Source: Desulfurococcales archaeon (GTDB lineage Archaea; Thermoproteota; Thermoprotei_A; Sulfolobales; NBVN01). From it: a DNA stretch of 49,279 nt. Location of the stretch: contig JALVVU010000066.1 in NCBI GenBank assembly GCA_027023255.1, positions 1-49,279 on the forward strand, written 5' to 3'. Both the position numbers and the translations under genes were made by a program. This document shows positions 18,219 to 27,194 of the stretch, one piece after another (positions within the stretch are counted from its first letter, which is position 1; each line of letters begins with the position of its first letter). Below the pieces are notes generated by a model. The model searched no databases, was not told where the DNA came from, and saw nothing but the letters and a program-made list of their open reading frames with translations.

Positions 18219-20119
18219 TCGTGCCTCACCTCCTTTATCGCGTCTCGCGGGCAGAAGTAAGCGCAGAGCCCGCAACCCGTGCAGTCCTCCTCAATGATGG
18301 CTGCCTTACCGTTCTCATCAACGTACATCGCAGGGCACCCGGTGCCCCTAATACATGCCATGCACCCTATGCATGCCTCGGGATCAACCCTATAGACCGC
18401 CTTAACACCCTCTGCCCTAACCTTCATTAAGGCACATGGTGCGCGCGCTATTATGACGTTCACGCCCGGCTTCCTCAGGTACTGAGCTACTACGTTAGCC
18501 ATGTCGTCAACGTCGAATGGGTCGATTACCGCTAAGTTATCCACGCCTAACGCCTTGACGACGTCCTCCAGTAAGACAGGCTTAGCTTTCCTGCCCGTCT
18601 CGGTCACGCTCCATGATGGCGTTGATTGATGTCCCGTCATCGCAACCACGGTGTTATCGAGTATTATGACGAGCATGTTAATCCTCTTGTGCACAGCCTC
18701 CAGTAAGGCGGGTATTCCTGAGTGGAAGAACGTTGAGTCGCCTATCGTGGCGATCACCGGTTTGTCATTCCCGCCTAACTTCATGCCTGCCGCCATGCTT
18801 ATGCTTGCACCCATGCTATGCTCGGTCCATATGGCGTTTAGCGGCGGCTCAACGCTTAAAGCGTAACATCCTATGTCTCCGAATATTGGTACCTCGTCCC
18901 TCCTGAAGCCCGCCTTACTTATGCCTTTAAGTATGGCGATATAGGACGCGCGGTGAGGGCACCCAGGACACAGTGGTGGGGGTCTCGGAGGTAGTGCTGG
19001 GGTTTCACGGCTGACCTGCAGGGTCCTAGGGAGTGGGACACCAATCACGCGCGATAACGCTTTAGCTACCATGAGTACGTTTAACTCTCCCTCCATAGGC
19101 AGTAACGAGTCGTGCTTACCGTGAATATCAATGCTGATACCTTCATCATAGAGCAACGTCTTCACGGTTTCCTCCAGGTACGGGTCGAGTTCCTCAACCA
19201 CCACTACTTTCCCGCATCCGCGTAAACCTTTCTTCAAGAATTCCTTAGGCGGTGGGTAGAGTTGCCCTACCTTGAGGACACGCACACCCTCCTTCACACC
19301 TAGGAGGTTTAGGGCTTCGGTAACGTAATTGTACGTGACTCCCTCCGTAACCACGCAGACGTCTCCGTCACCATGTACCTCGTTAATGCTTATCCCCAAC
19401 TCGTTAAGGATGCCTTCAACCTTCTCTAACTGCTTGTTTAGCCACTTGTGGCGCTCCAAGTTCCACCTCATACCAGCCCGCACGAATCGCGGCGGGTCCC
19501 TCTTGAATCCCTTGAACTTCCTAGGTTGCTCTGTGGCGCCTAGCACTACATCGCCCACTGTGTGGTTAACTCGCGTCGTTGTCCTGAGAATTACTGGTAG
19601 CTGGAGCCTCTCGCTCAGCATCACCGCTACCTTAACGTAGTCCTTAGCTTCCTGCGGGTTTGAGGGCGTTATCGTTGGTAGTTTAGCGAGTTTCGAGAAC
19701 CATCTGTCATCCTGCTCTGTCTGCGTTGTTATGGGGCCCGGATCATCCGCGACAAGCATTACTAGGGCTCCATTAACACCGCAGTATGCCGCGGAGAGTA
19801 TTGGGTCGGATGCTATGTTGACGCCCGGTGCCTTCATGGTGGCTAAGGACCTCGCACCACCTATCGAGGCACCTAGCGCCAGTTCAAACGCTACCTTCTC
19901 GTTGACAGCCCACTCAACATACATGTCTAAGTCCTTACCAAATCTCTGGAGCGTCATGATGACTTCGCTGGAAGGGGTGCCTGGGTACCCCGTAACTACG
20001 TAAATACCTGACTCAACCGCTCCGCGGGCTATGGCTTCATTACCCATGAGCGCTAACCTAGTTCCTGCGGGGGCTTTCAAGGGGTTAATTCTTTCAGGCA
20101 AGTCCCTCACCCCAGCCAC
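18215..20119 (-). CDS. iorA: Indolepyruvate:ferredoxin oxidoreductase alpha subunit
   Basis: LMGNEAIARG, GYPGTPSSE, NEKVAFE, RPPPLCPGCPHR, GDIGC, TPP motif GDSTFFH...DN, two C-terminal ferredoxin motifs. Confidence 0.95.
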   Translation of the reverse strand: MAGVRDLPERINPLKAPAGTRLALMGNEAIARGAVESGIYVVTGYPGTPSSEVIMTLQRFGKDLDMYVEWAVNEKVAFELALGASIGGARSLATMKAPGVNIASDPILSAAYCGVNGALVMLVADDPGPITTQTEQDDRWFSKLAKLPTITPSNPQEAKDYVKVAVMLSERLQLPVILRTTTRVNHTVGDVVLGATEQPRKFKGFKRDPPRFVRAGMRWNLERHKWLNKQLEKVEGILNELGISINEVHGDGDVCVVTEGVTYNYVTEALNLLGVKEGVRVLKVGQLYPPPKEFLKKGLRGCGKVVVVEELDPYLEETVKTLLYDEGISIDIHGKHDSLLPMEGELNVLMVAKALSRVIGVPLPRTLQVSRETPALPPRPPPLCPGCPHRASYIAILKGISKAGFRRDEVPIFGDIGCYALSVEPPLNAIWTEHSMGASISMAAGMKLGGNDKPVIATIGDSTFFHSGIPALLEAVHKRINMLVIILDNTVVAMTGHQSTPSWSVTETGRKAKPVLLEDVVKALGVDNLAVIDPFDVDDMANVVAQYLRKPGVNVIIARAPCALMKVRAEGVKAVYRVDPEACIGCMACIRGTGCPAMYVDENGKAAIIEEDCTGCGLCAYFCPRDAIKEVRHE

Positions 20120-20132
20120 TAAAGGATATTCA

Positions 20133-21521
20133 TCAGCTACTATTATGGGTGATCCTTAATCTGAGGTACTTACCCCTATTCACTAAGGCCGATACGGCCT
20201 TAGCAGCATTCCTGGCTGAAGTAACTGCGGGAAGTAAGCTCGAAACCTTCATGGTGACCTCATGGCTTCCCTCACCGTCGAAGTACGCTATGACAGGGAG
20301 TGAGAACTCATCGACATGTTCCCTCAATGCCTTAGCCATCTCCTCCGGCCCTTCAGCAGCTGTAGGTACGTACACGAACAACGCAACATCAAAGTATCTA
20401 CTTAGGTCGCCTAGCGTCAATGCCTTAGCTACTTGCTCCGCACTCGCGTCACCACCGAAGTCAACGGGGTTTCTACCAGTGAATGACTTCCCAGCCTGCC
20501 GGGTTAAGACCTCAGCGAGCTTTGGAGGTATTGGCGGTAAGTCTAAGCCGTGTTCCTCAATATGGGATGCTGTCACCACACCCAACCCGCCAGAATTAGT
20601 TACTATTAGCACTCTTGACCCGTTAAGATGCTCCACACGCCTTAGCGCCTCCTCAACTTCAACTAAGTCTGACACATCATCGGCTAGGTACGCGCCTATC
20701 TTACGCACCGCTTCCTTGAATATCACGTAACTACCTGCTAGCCCGCCGGTATGGGATCTCACGGCTTCACTGCTTCTCTCGCCCCTACCTCCCTTAAGGA
20801 TGCATAGGGGTTTAACGGCCGCTAACTTCGAGCCTTTCTCCAGGAACGCCTTACCGTCACGTACCCACTCCACGTAAGCTATTAGTGAATCGGTTGCGTC
20901 ATCCTCAAGTGCGTACTCAAATACGTCACTTATTTCAACGTCAGCCATGTTTCCGAGGCTCATGAAGAAGGAAATACCTGATGAGAGTTCCTTGAGGCGT
21001 GAAATCACCACCCCACCCATGGCTCCACTCTGCATTGCTAAGCCTACGCGCCCAGGGGTGGGTGGGGCCTCAATGCTCGCATGAAGTTTAACAGCCGAGA
21101 TGGTGATACCGGCCGAGTTGGGCCCGAGAACCCTCATTTGCCGTGCTGAGTTCATTGTCTCCCTTAACCTTCTTTCAGCTTCCTCGTTACCGGCTTCCTT
21201 GAACCCCGACGTTATGATTACTGTGAGACCCACACCGATTTCTGAAGCTTCCGCTACTACCGCAGGAACGGTCTTGGTCGGGACAGCAACTACTGCGATA
21301 TCTGGAACTTCAGGTAGATCCCTGAGTGAGGGATACGTCCTTAAGCCAAGTATGTCTTTGTATTTGGGATTCACTGGGTATACCCTTCCCTCGAACCCGT
21401 AGGAAAGTATGTTTTGGAGGATCGTGTTGCCAACTTTACCGGGCTTGGGGGAAGCCCCGACAACGGCGACTGAATCAATATTTCTTAAGATATCTGAGAG
21501 CTTACGCTTCGTGGCATCCAC
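20133..21521 (-). CDS. acdA: ADP-forming acyl/acetyl-CoA synthetase alpha subunit (paralogue 1)
   Basis: VAVVGAS, YPVNP, LGPN, QSG, SLGNMAD, SHTG phospho-His, TNSGG, NPVD. Confidence 0.88.
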   Translation of the reverse strand: MDATKRKLSDILRNIDSVAVVGASPKPGKVGNTILQNILSYGFEGRVYPVNPKYKDILGLRTYPSLRDLPEVPDIAVVAVPTKTVPAVVAEASEIGVGLTVIITSGFKEAGNEEAERRLRETMNSARQMRVLGPNSAGITISAVKLHASIEAPPTPGRVGLAMQSGAMGGVVISRLKELSSGISFFMSLGNMADVEISDVFEYALEDDATDSLIAYVEWVRDGKAFLEKGSKLAAVKPLCILKGGRGERSSEAVRSHTGGLAGSYVIFKEAVRKIGAYLADDVSDLVEVEEALRRVEHLNGSRVLIVTNSGGLGVVTASHIEEHGLDLPPIPPKLAEVLTRQAGKSFTGRNPVDFGGDASAEQVAKALTLGDLSRYFDVALFVYVPTAAEGPEEMAKALREHVDEFSLPVIAYFDGEGSHEVTMKVSSLLPAVTSARNAAKAVSALVNRGKYLRLRITHNSS

Positions 21522-21576
21522 CCTGAATTTTTCATCTGTCGGGAAATTAAGTCGTTATCCTTCATGTGGGAAGAAG

Positions 21577-21584
21577 TTTATAAC
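21577..21584 (+). promoter_or_regulatory. TATA box of PRTase gene
   Basis: Purine-rich BRE (GAAGAAG) followed by TTTATAAC ~20 nt before GTG 21604. Confidence 0.5.
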
Positions 21585-21603
21585 TCAGATGTAAGCCTAG
21601 AAT

Positions 21604-22212
21604 GTGGGAAGGATGGAGTTACTGGTAGCGACTTGGGAGGACATTCACGTAGGTTCGTTAAAACTTGCTTTGATGTCCCTTCAAGACGGGTACATGCCTG
21701 ATGTAATTGTTGGCGTGCTACGCGGTGGCTACATAGTCGCTAGGATAGTTGCTGATGCCTTAGGAGTAAGTGACATAGGGGTTGTTGAGGTTAAATTCTA
21801 TAGGGGGATAGGGGAGCAGGCGGAGAGGCCTGTCATAACTCAGCCACTAACGACCGAGATCCGGGGGCGGAGGGTACTCATCGTAGATGATGTCGTTGAT
21901 TCGGGGAGAACCCTTGAAGTCGTGAGTGAGCAGGTTCGCTTGAGGGGCGCGTCCGAGGTGAGGACAGCTGCCCTGTATTACAAGCCAAGGTCGATCATAA
22001 AGCCCGACTACCTTGTTGTTGAGACAGATAAGTGGATTCTCTTCCCTTGGGAGTTAGGTGAGTTCGTGAGGGAGTTAATGCCTGCTAAGGGGTTAGAGAT
22101 GACTAAGGAGAACATCAAGGAGTTCTTGGGTAGCTTGGGTGTGGAGGCCAGTGATGATGTAATAACTAGGCTCGCCGAGTCCATAAAGCTCTGTAATATG
22201 TTAAGGAAGTGA
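21604..22212 (+). CDS. Type I phosphoribosyltransferase (purine PRTase-like)
   Basis: IVGVLRGG, VLIVDDVVDSGRT PRPP-binding motif, WILFPWE. Confidence 0.92.
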   Translation: MGRMELLVATWEDIHVGSLKLALMSLQDGYMPDVIVGVLRGGYIVARIVADALGVSDIGVVEVKFYRGIGEQAERPVITQPLTTEIRGRRVLIVDDVVDSGRTLEVVSEQVRLRGASEVRTAALYYKPRSIIKPDYLVVETDKWILFPWELGEFVRELMPAKGLEMTKENIKEFLGSLGVEASDDVITRLAESIKLCNMLRK

Positions 22213-22252
22213 AGCTGCTTCGCATGACTGGTTGACAAAATTCTCCTCTCTT

Positions 22253-23404
22253 TCAATCCTTAACTATTTCACCAGGTTCAAGGACGGAGAGTTCCGGTAC
22301 CTTAGAGCCTACGGGCACGGTGCACCCTATCTTGTACCATTCCTTCCTACGCTTCACGACCTTTATTGCCTTGATACCGACCTCCTCGGGCTTCGTGATT
22401 AGCTTCGTCAGTGCTCCGGGCCCGACGGTTGCGCCGTCGCCAACGACGCTGTACCCCAGGAACGTGTTTCGACCTATGGTTGCTCCTCTCCCGATTAACG
22501 ACCAGACAACCTCACTGTAGCTGCTGACCACCGCCCCTGCCTCCACATCCGTGTAGGGTCTAATGAACGTGTGTGCCCCTATGAGGGCACCTCGACCTAT
22601 GTAGGCTGGTCCCCTTATGACGGCGTAGTGATCTATCATGACATCATCCTCGATTATCACCGGCCCCTCAATTACTGCTGTTGACGCTATCTTGGCGGAC
22701 GACGCTACCCTCATGGTTTTCCAACCCATCATTACGTAGTATATTGCTTCGAGGAGGTTTATCGGGTAACCCACATCGACCCACCAGTCACTCCATAAGG
22801 CGGTCTTCACCGCGTTTCCTGACGCAACGTACCCGTTTATTGCGGATTCTATGCTTTCGTCCCGCTCTATGAGGTCCACTAATTCCTTGTTCAGAACGGC
22901 AATACCTCCGAATGCGTAGGCACCCTCTATCCTCTCACGCGGTGCTTCTTTGAAGTGCTTAATGAATCCTCGACTGTCAACGAAGACCGCACCGTAGAAC
23001 CTCACGTCTTCCTCAGGAACCACCATGAGTGTGGGGACCCCGTACTCGGTCGCTGCTACGTAGGTCATCTCGTATGCTTCAGCACTTACTAGGGTGTCAC
23101 CATACACGAGTAGCGCCCCATTACTTAACTCATCCTTAGCCTCCAGCATCGCACCAATTATCCCTCCTGAACTCTGCTTCCTCACCTCAAATTCCAGTAG
23201 TCTCCCAAAACGCACGGTTATGTCTTCAAACTCTGATGGCTTATCCGTTACTAGCGTGACTTTCTTTGCACCAATGCTAACTAAGTTCCTGAGCACCCTC
23301 TCAATCACTGCCTCGCCGCAGACCTTAAGCAACACCTTGGGTTTACCGCCGGTTAGAGGTATTAACCCCTTCCCCGACCCACCGGCTAGTACTACAGCCC
23401 TCAT
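22253..23404 (-). CDS. Sugar-phosphate nucleotidyltransferase with left-handed beta-helix (GlmU-like)
   Basis: VVLAGGSGKGLIPLT..KPK, YGD, WWVDVG, hexapeptide repeats; ATG 23404 after GGAGGTG; downstream of glmS. Confidence 0.85.
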   Translation of the reverse strand: MRAVVLAGGSGKGLIPLTGGKPKVLLKVCGEAVIERVLRNLVSIGAKKVTLVTDKPSEFEDITVRFGRLLEFEVRKQSSGGIIGAMLEAKDELSNGALLVYGDTLVSAEAYEMTYVAATEYGVPTLMVVPEEDVRFYGAVFVDSRGFIKHFKEAPRERIEGAYAFGGIAVLNKELVDLIERDESIESAINGYVASGNAVKTALWSDWWVDVGYPINLLEAIYYVMMGWKTMRVASSAKIASTAVIEGPVIIEDDVMIDHYAVIRGPAYIGRGALIGAHTFIRPYTDVEAGAVVSSYSEVVWSLIGRGATIGRNTFLGYSVVGDGATVGPGALTKLITKPEEVGIKAIKVVKRRKEWYKIGCTVPVGSKVPELSVLEPGEIVKD

Positions 23405-23417
23405 AATTAGGCACCTC

Positions 23418-25280
23418 CTAAACAACCGTCACGGTCTTCGCTAAGTTCCTGGGTTTGTCCGGGTCGTGACCCTTACGTACGGCCGTGTAGTACGCTATTA
23501 ACTGGTAAGGTATGATGTACGCAACTACTGCGGCCACCTCGGGAAGGTCAGGCATCTTGAAGGCGACGTCAACAGCTCTCAGCACCTCCTTAAGTGACTC
23601 GGGAGCTACGGCTAGGGTCCATGCTAACCTAGCCTTCATTTCCTCTATGTTGCTCCTGATCATCCCTCCGTCATCCCTGCCGACGGCCGTGAAGAGTACC
23701 GGGAAGTTCTCCTCAACTAGCGCTATCGGGCCGTGTTTGGATTCCCCGGCTGGGTAGGCCTCAGCGTGAACGTAGGCTATTTCCTTAAGTTTCAGCGCTC
23801 CCTCCATGGCTATCGGGAGCGAGTACCCTCTGCCAAGGTAGAAGGCATTCGTCCGTTCAGCCATTCTCCTCGCTACAGCCCTAGCTTTAGCTTCATGCAT
23901 CGCTATGATTGTGGCCGCCGTATCAGGCACCTTCCTTAACGCTGCTACGTACTCGCTGGCTTCGCGGGCGCTTATCGCGCCAACACGTTCAGCGACCTTA
24001 ACCGCGAGGTAGGAAAGAACCGCCACCTGCGTTGTGAACGTCTTTGTCGCCGCCACCCCTATCTCGGGTCCTGCCCTGGTGTAGATGGTCATGTGTGACT
24101 CGCGAGGTATTGCTGAGTCCACAACGTTGGATAACGCTATTGTTAGGGCACCTGCGGCTTTAGCCTCTCTCACCGCTAGTAGTGTATCTATGGTCTCGCC
24201 TGATTGACTCACAGCTATTACTACGTCACCCTCTCCTAAGGACCTGAGGTGCCACCTCGCCTCGGACGATATTATCGCTACGGATCTCTTTCTAGCTAAG
24301 TTACTCATTAGCAGGGAACCTAAGTATGAGGCGTGGAAAGAGGTTCCTGCTCCCACAATCACCACGGATTCTGCCTTGCTTAAGGCCTTAACCACGTCCG
24401 TAACTTGATCCTCTATGCCGGCGAGGGTTGAGGCCAGGGCATTTGGTTGTTCGTGGATTTCCTTAAGCATGAAGTGAGGGTAGCCGCCTTTCATTGCCAT
24501 CTCAGCGGTCCACTCAACGACCCTAACCCTGCCCGTTAGGTTGATTGGTGCCCACAACGCTTCACTATTCCCTGCCTTAGGGCGATACTCTACAACCACG
24601 TTGTCAGCGGTTAAGTAACCTACCTCCCCATCCCTCAGTACTATGACCTTACGCGTGAATTCAAGGAAGGCCGGTATGTCGCTGGCTAGGAAGTTCGCGC
24701 CGTTGCCTAACCCCACCACTAAGGGTGATGTGCTTCTGGCGAAGTATATCCTGTCTGGGGTGCTGACGTCTATCACTGCTAAGGCGTACGCCCCCTTGAG
24801 GCGGGAGACGGTCTTCTTGAAGGCTTCGTAGGGGCTCGCACCTTGCCTCTTGAACTCCTCCATTAGGTGAGGTATTACCTCGGTGTCCGTGCCGGAGATG
24901 AAGCGGTGACCCAGTCTGGTTAACTCGGCTCTTATCTCCTCGTAATTCTCTATTATACCGTTATGAACTACGGCTATGGTACCGCCACAATCTACGTGGG
25001 GATGGGCGTTCACGTCACTAGGCTTCCCATGTGTTGCCCATCGCGTGTGACCTATCCCAACAAACCCGTCGAAGCTGTCGAACCCTAACTTAGCCGATAC
25101 GTTATCTATCATGCCTCTGGACTTACGCACAATGAGTCTGCCGTCACGAGTCAGTATCGCGAACCCCACTGAGTCGTAGCCTCGGTACTCAAGCTTCTTC
25201 AGCGACTCCCTTATCACTCTCCCGAGCGGCTTCCGCAATACACCCTCCTTAGCGACGATCCCGACTATGCCGCATGCCAA
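23418..25280 (-). CDS. glmS: Glutamine-fructose-6-phosphate aminotransferase
   Basis: CGIVG, LEYRGYDS, GHTRWATHG, VHNGIIEN, SQSGET, ALKLKEI, DPDKPRNLAKTVTV. Confidence 0.97.
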   Translation of the reverse strand: MACGIVGIVAKEGVLRKPLGRVIRESLKKLEYRGYDSVGFAILTRDGRLIVRKSRGMIDNVSAKLGFDSFDGFVGIGHTRWATHGKPSDVNAHPHVDCGGTIAVVHNGIIENYEEIRAELTRLGHRFISGTDTEVIPHLMEEFKRQGASPYEAFKKTVSRLKGAYALAVIDVSTPDRIYFARSTSPLVVGLGNGANFLASDIPAFLEFTRKVIVLRDGEVGYLTADNVVVEYRPKAGNSEALWAPINLTGRVRVVEWTAEMAMKGGYPHFMLKEIHEQPNALASTLAGIEDQVTDVVKALSKAESVVIVGAGTSFHASYLGSLLMSNLARKRSVAIISSEARWHLRSLGEGDVVIAVSQSGETIDTLLAVREAKAAGALTIALSNVVDSAIPRESHMTIYTRAGPEIGVAATKTFTTQVAVLSYLAVKVAERVGAISAREASEYVAALRKVPDTAATIIAMHEAKARAVARRMAERTNAFYLGRGYSLPIAMEGALKLKEIAYVHAEAYPAGESKHGPIALVEENFPVLFTAVGRDDGGMIRSNIEEMKARLAWTLAVAPESLKEVLRAVDVAFKMPDLPEVAAVVAYIIPYQLIAYYTAVRKGHDPDKPRNLAKTVTVV

Positions 25281-25358
25281 GTATTATCCCTCCTGAGACC
25301 TAGGTAAGTAATGTTGGTGAGAAACATTAACGTTTCTGAGACGTGGTTCCTTGCAGCA

Positions 25359-27194
25359 TTACTTAACGGATAGGCGCCCCATGTCGAAGTGACCTAGTAG
25401 AGGCTCGCTCGTTCTGAATAGGGCGTAGCCAGAGCGAACCACGGATGTCCTTATTAGCGCCACCCTATCGGGTGCGAGCTCCATTAACCTCAGGTACTCT
25501 CTCGGGACGTCCAGCATCTCAAGGAATTCCCGTTCACTTCTGAGTATCACTTTCGTGTTCGTTAACTGGATCACTATCTTATGAACGTCCTTGGGGGAGT
25601 GCGTGGAGAATATTAAGCCAAGCCCCCTTGACCTACCTAACCTCGCTATCCTTGCTATGAAGTCAGCCAGCATCTCCACCTCTTCCCTACTCGTTCCTTC
25701 CGATGGGAAGAACCTGTGGGCCTCATCAAGTATCATGAGTATCGGGGTGGTGGCACCAGCAGATTTCTTCCACGCGTAGACCTCCCTAAGTATCTCGTAC
25801 GCTATCAGGTTGAGGACTAGGAAGTGCGCGCCTCTAAGTGCGGCATAGTCCAAGTCTATTATTACCGGCCCCCTATAGTTCTCCATGATTCGTCCAGCAG
25901 GCGGTATGCCTATTACGTTCCCCTCAATCCTCACGTCGACTTCGTCTGCACTGGCTATGAAGTTTAGCGTCCTCTCGATGTTCTCAAGAGTTCTGCGGTG
26001 CAACTTCATCACTTTCAGAATCTCCTCGAATTTCTCCTGAAGGGATCTGTATAGGTACGTGAAGTTAGTTATGCTACCGACCTTATGCTCCAAGTACCCA
26101 ATCACATTCCTCAGGTATACCTTAGCCTGTCGTGAAAAGAGGGGAAGTATTTCTAGGTGGTCGCGAAGCTGCGTGTATGTTAGGGACGTCGGGACCACTT
26201 CAACCGTGAATTCATAGCCATTCAAGTTACAGTGGACAAGGATGGACCTTACGGTCTCGAAGTCCCGAGCAGGTGCCTCAACACTAATCATTGGGTCCTT
26301 ACCATAGAATGCCTTAGCTACCTTACCTATGCGCTCCATTACATACTTCAGCGCCAGCTGCTTGAGCTTCCTGTCCTCCCTGCGCACCGGCAGTAGGACT
26401 GTTATCCATGAGGGATAATTACTCCTGAATTCCTCAGCACTCCTGTAGATCGCAGGGGCAGCGTCAGAGGGTAGCGAGGGCGGGGGTAGCACTATCTGTG
26501 CGTAGTCGCCGGCAGCGTCAACCACCAATACCTTAGCTTCCTTCCAGTCCCTTCCAACAACATATAGTAGGTTCTTTATTAGGGTGGTTTTGCCGGAGCC
26601 CGTAGTCCCTATCACGAGCATGTGCTTGAAGAATTCCTGCCTAGGTAACTTCATGGGTACTGCCCCGCCCGCTACTGGTGCTGAGCCTGTGTGGAGATAG
26701 CCGAGCGTTATCCCTTCCTTGGGTATGCCCGCAACGGATAGCAGTATCTCTGGGTTATCGGGTACGACGACCGGTGACTGCGGCTCCAACGGTGTTGAGA
26801 CTGGGGCACCATCTTCATTCAGGAGCGGCGTGACCTCGATTAGGGCATTAGTGAGTAGCCCCTCCTCATCCTCCCCCAACCCTATGGGGGCTAAGGACTC
26901 CAGCGTCGAGGCTATATCAGCCCGCAGAACCCCAATTATCCTGAGACCAACGGCCTTCAGCGTCCTGAGGTCCACAGCAACTAAGTAGTTCCCAACCCCC
27001 AGCATTTCCCCGTACTCGTAGTACGTTGCCGGGTCTATTTCGACGACCGTGGCTGTTAAGTCTCCTGTTAGTTTCGACGGGTTCTTTCTACTAACTACAC
27101 CAACGATCCTGCCGATGTCTTCTGCCTTTTTCTTCGCCTCAGTTATTCTTGACGCTATTAACTCGCGTATCGTGCTTAATGGGTCGTTACTCAA
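25359..27194 (-). CDS. herA: HerA-family ATPase/DNA translocase with N-terminal HAS barrel
   Basis: IVGVV N-terminal barrel, HMLVIGTTGSGKT Walker A, ILDEAHRF Walker B, ARLGRSRGLG, STHSP. Confidence 0.85.
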   Translation of the reverse strand: MSNDPLSTIRELIASRITEAKKKAEDIGRIVGVVSRKNPSKLTGDLTATVVEIDPATYYEYGEMLGVGNYLVAVDLRTLKAVGLRIIGVLRADIASTLESLAPIGLGEDEEGLLTNALIEVTPLLNEDGAPVSTPLEPQSPVVVPDNPEILLSVAGIPKEGITLGYLHTGSAPVAGGAVPMKLPRQEFFKHMLVIGTTGSGKTTLIKNLLYVVGRDWKEAKVLVVDAAGDYAQIVLPPPSLPSDAAPAIYRSAEEFRSNYPSWITVLLPVRREDRKLKQLALKYVMERIGKVAKAFYGKDPMISVEAPARDFETVRSILVHCNLNGYEFTVEVVPTSLTYTQLRDHLEILPLFSRQAKVYLRNVIGYLEHKVGSITNFTYLYRSLQEKFEEILKVMKLHRRTLENIERTLNFIASADEVDVRIEGNVIGIPPAGRIMENYRGPVIIDLDYAALRGAHFLVLNLIAYEILREVYAWKKSAGATTPILMILDEAHRFFPSEGTSREEVEMLADFIARIARLGRSRGLGLIFSTHSPKDVHKIVIQLTNTKVILRSEREFLEMLDVPREYLRLMELAPDRVALIRTSVVRSGYALFRTSEPLLGHFDMGRLSVK

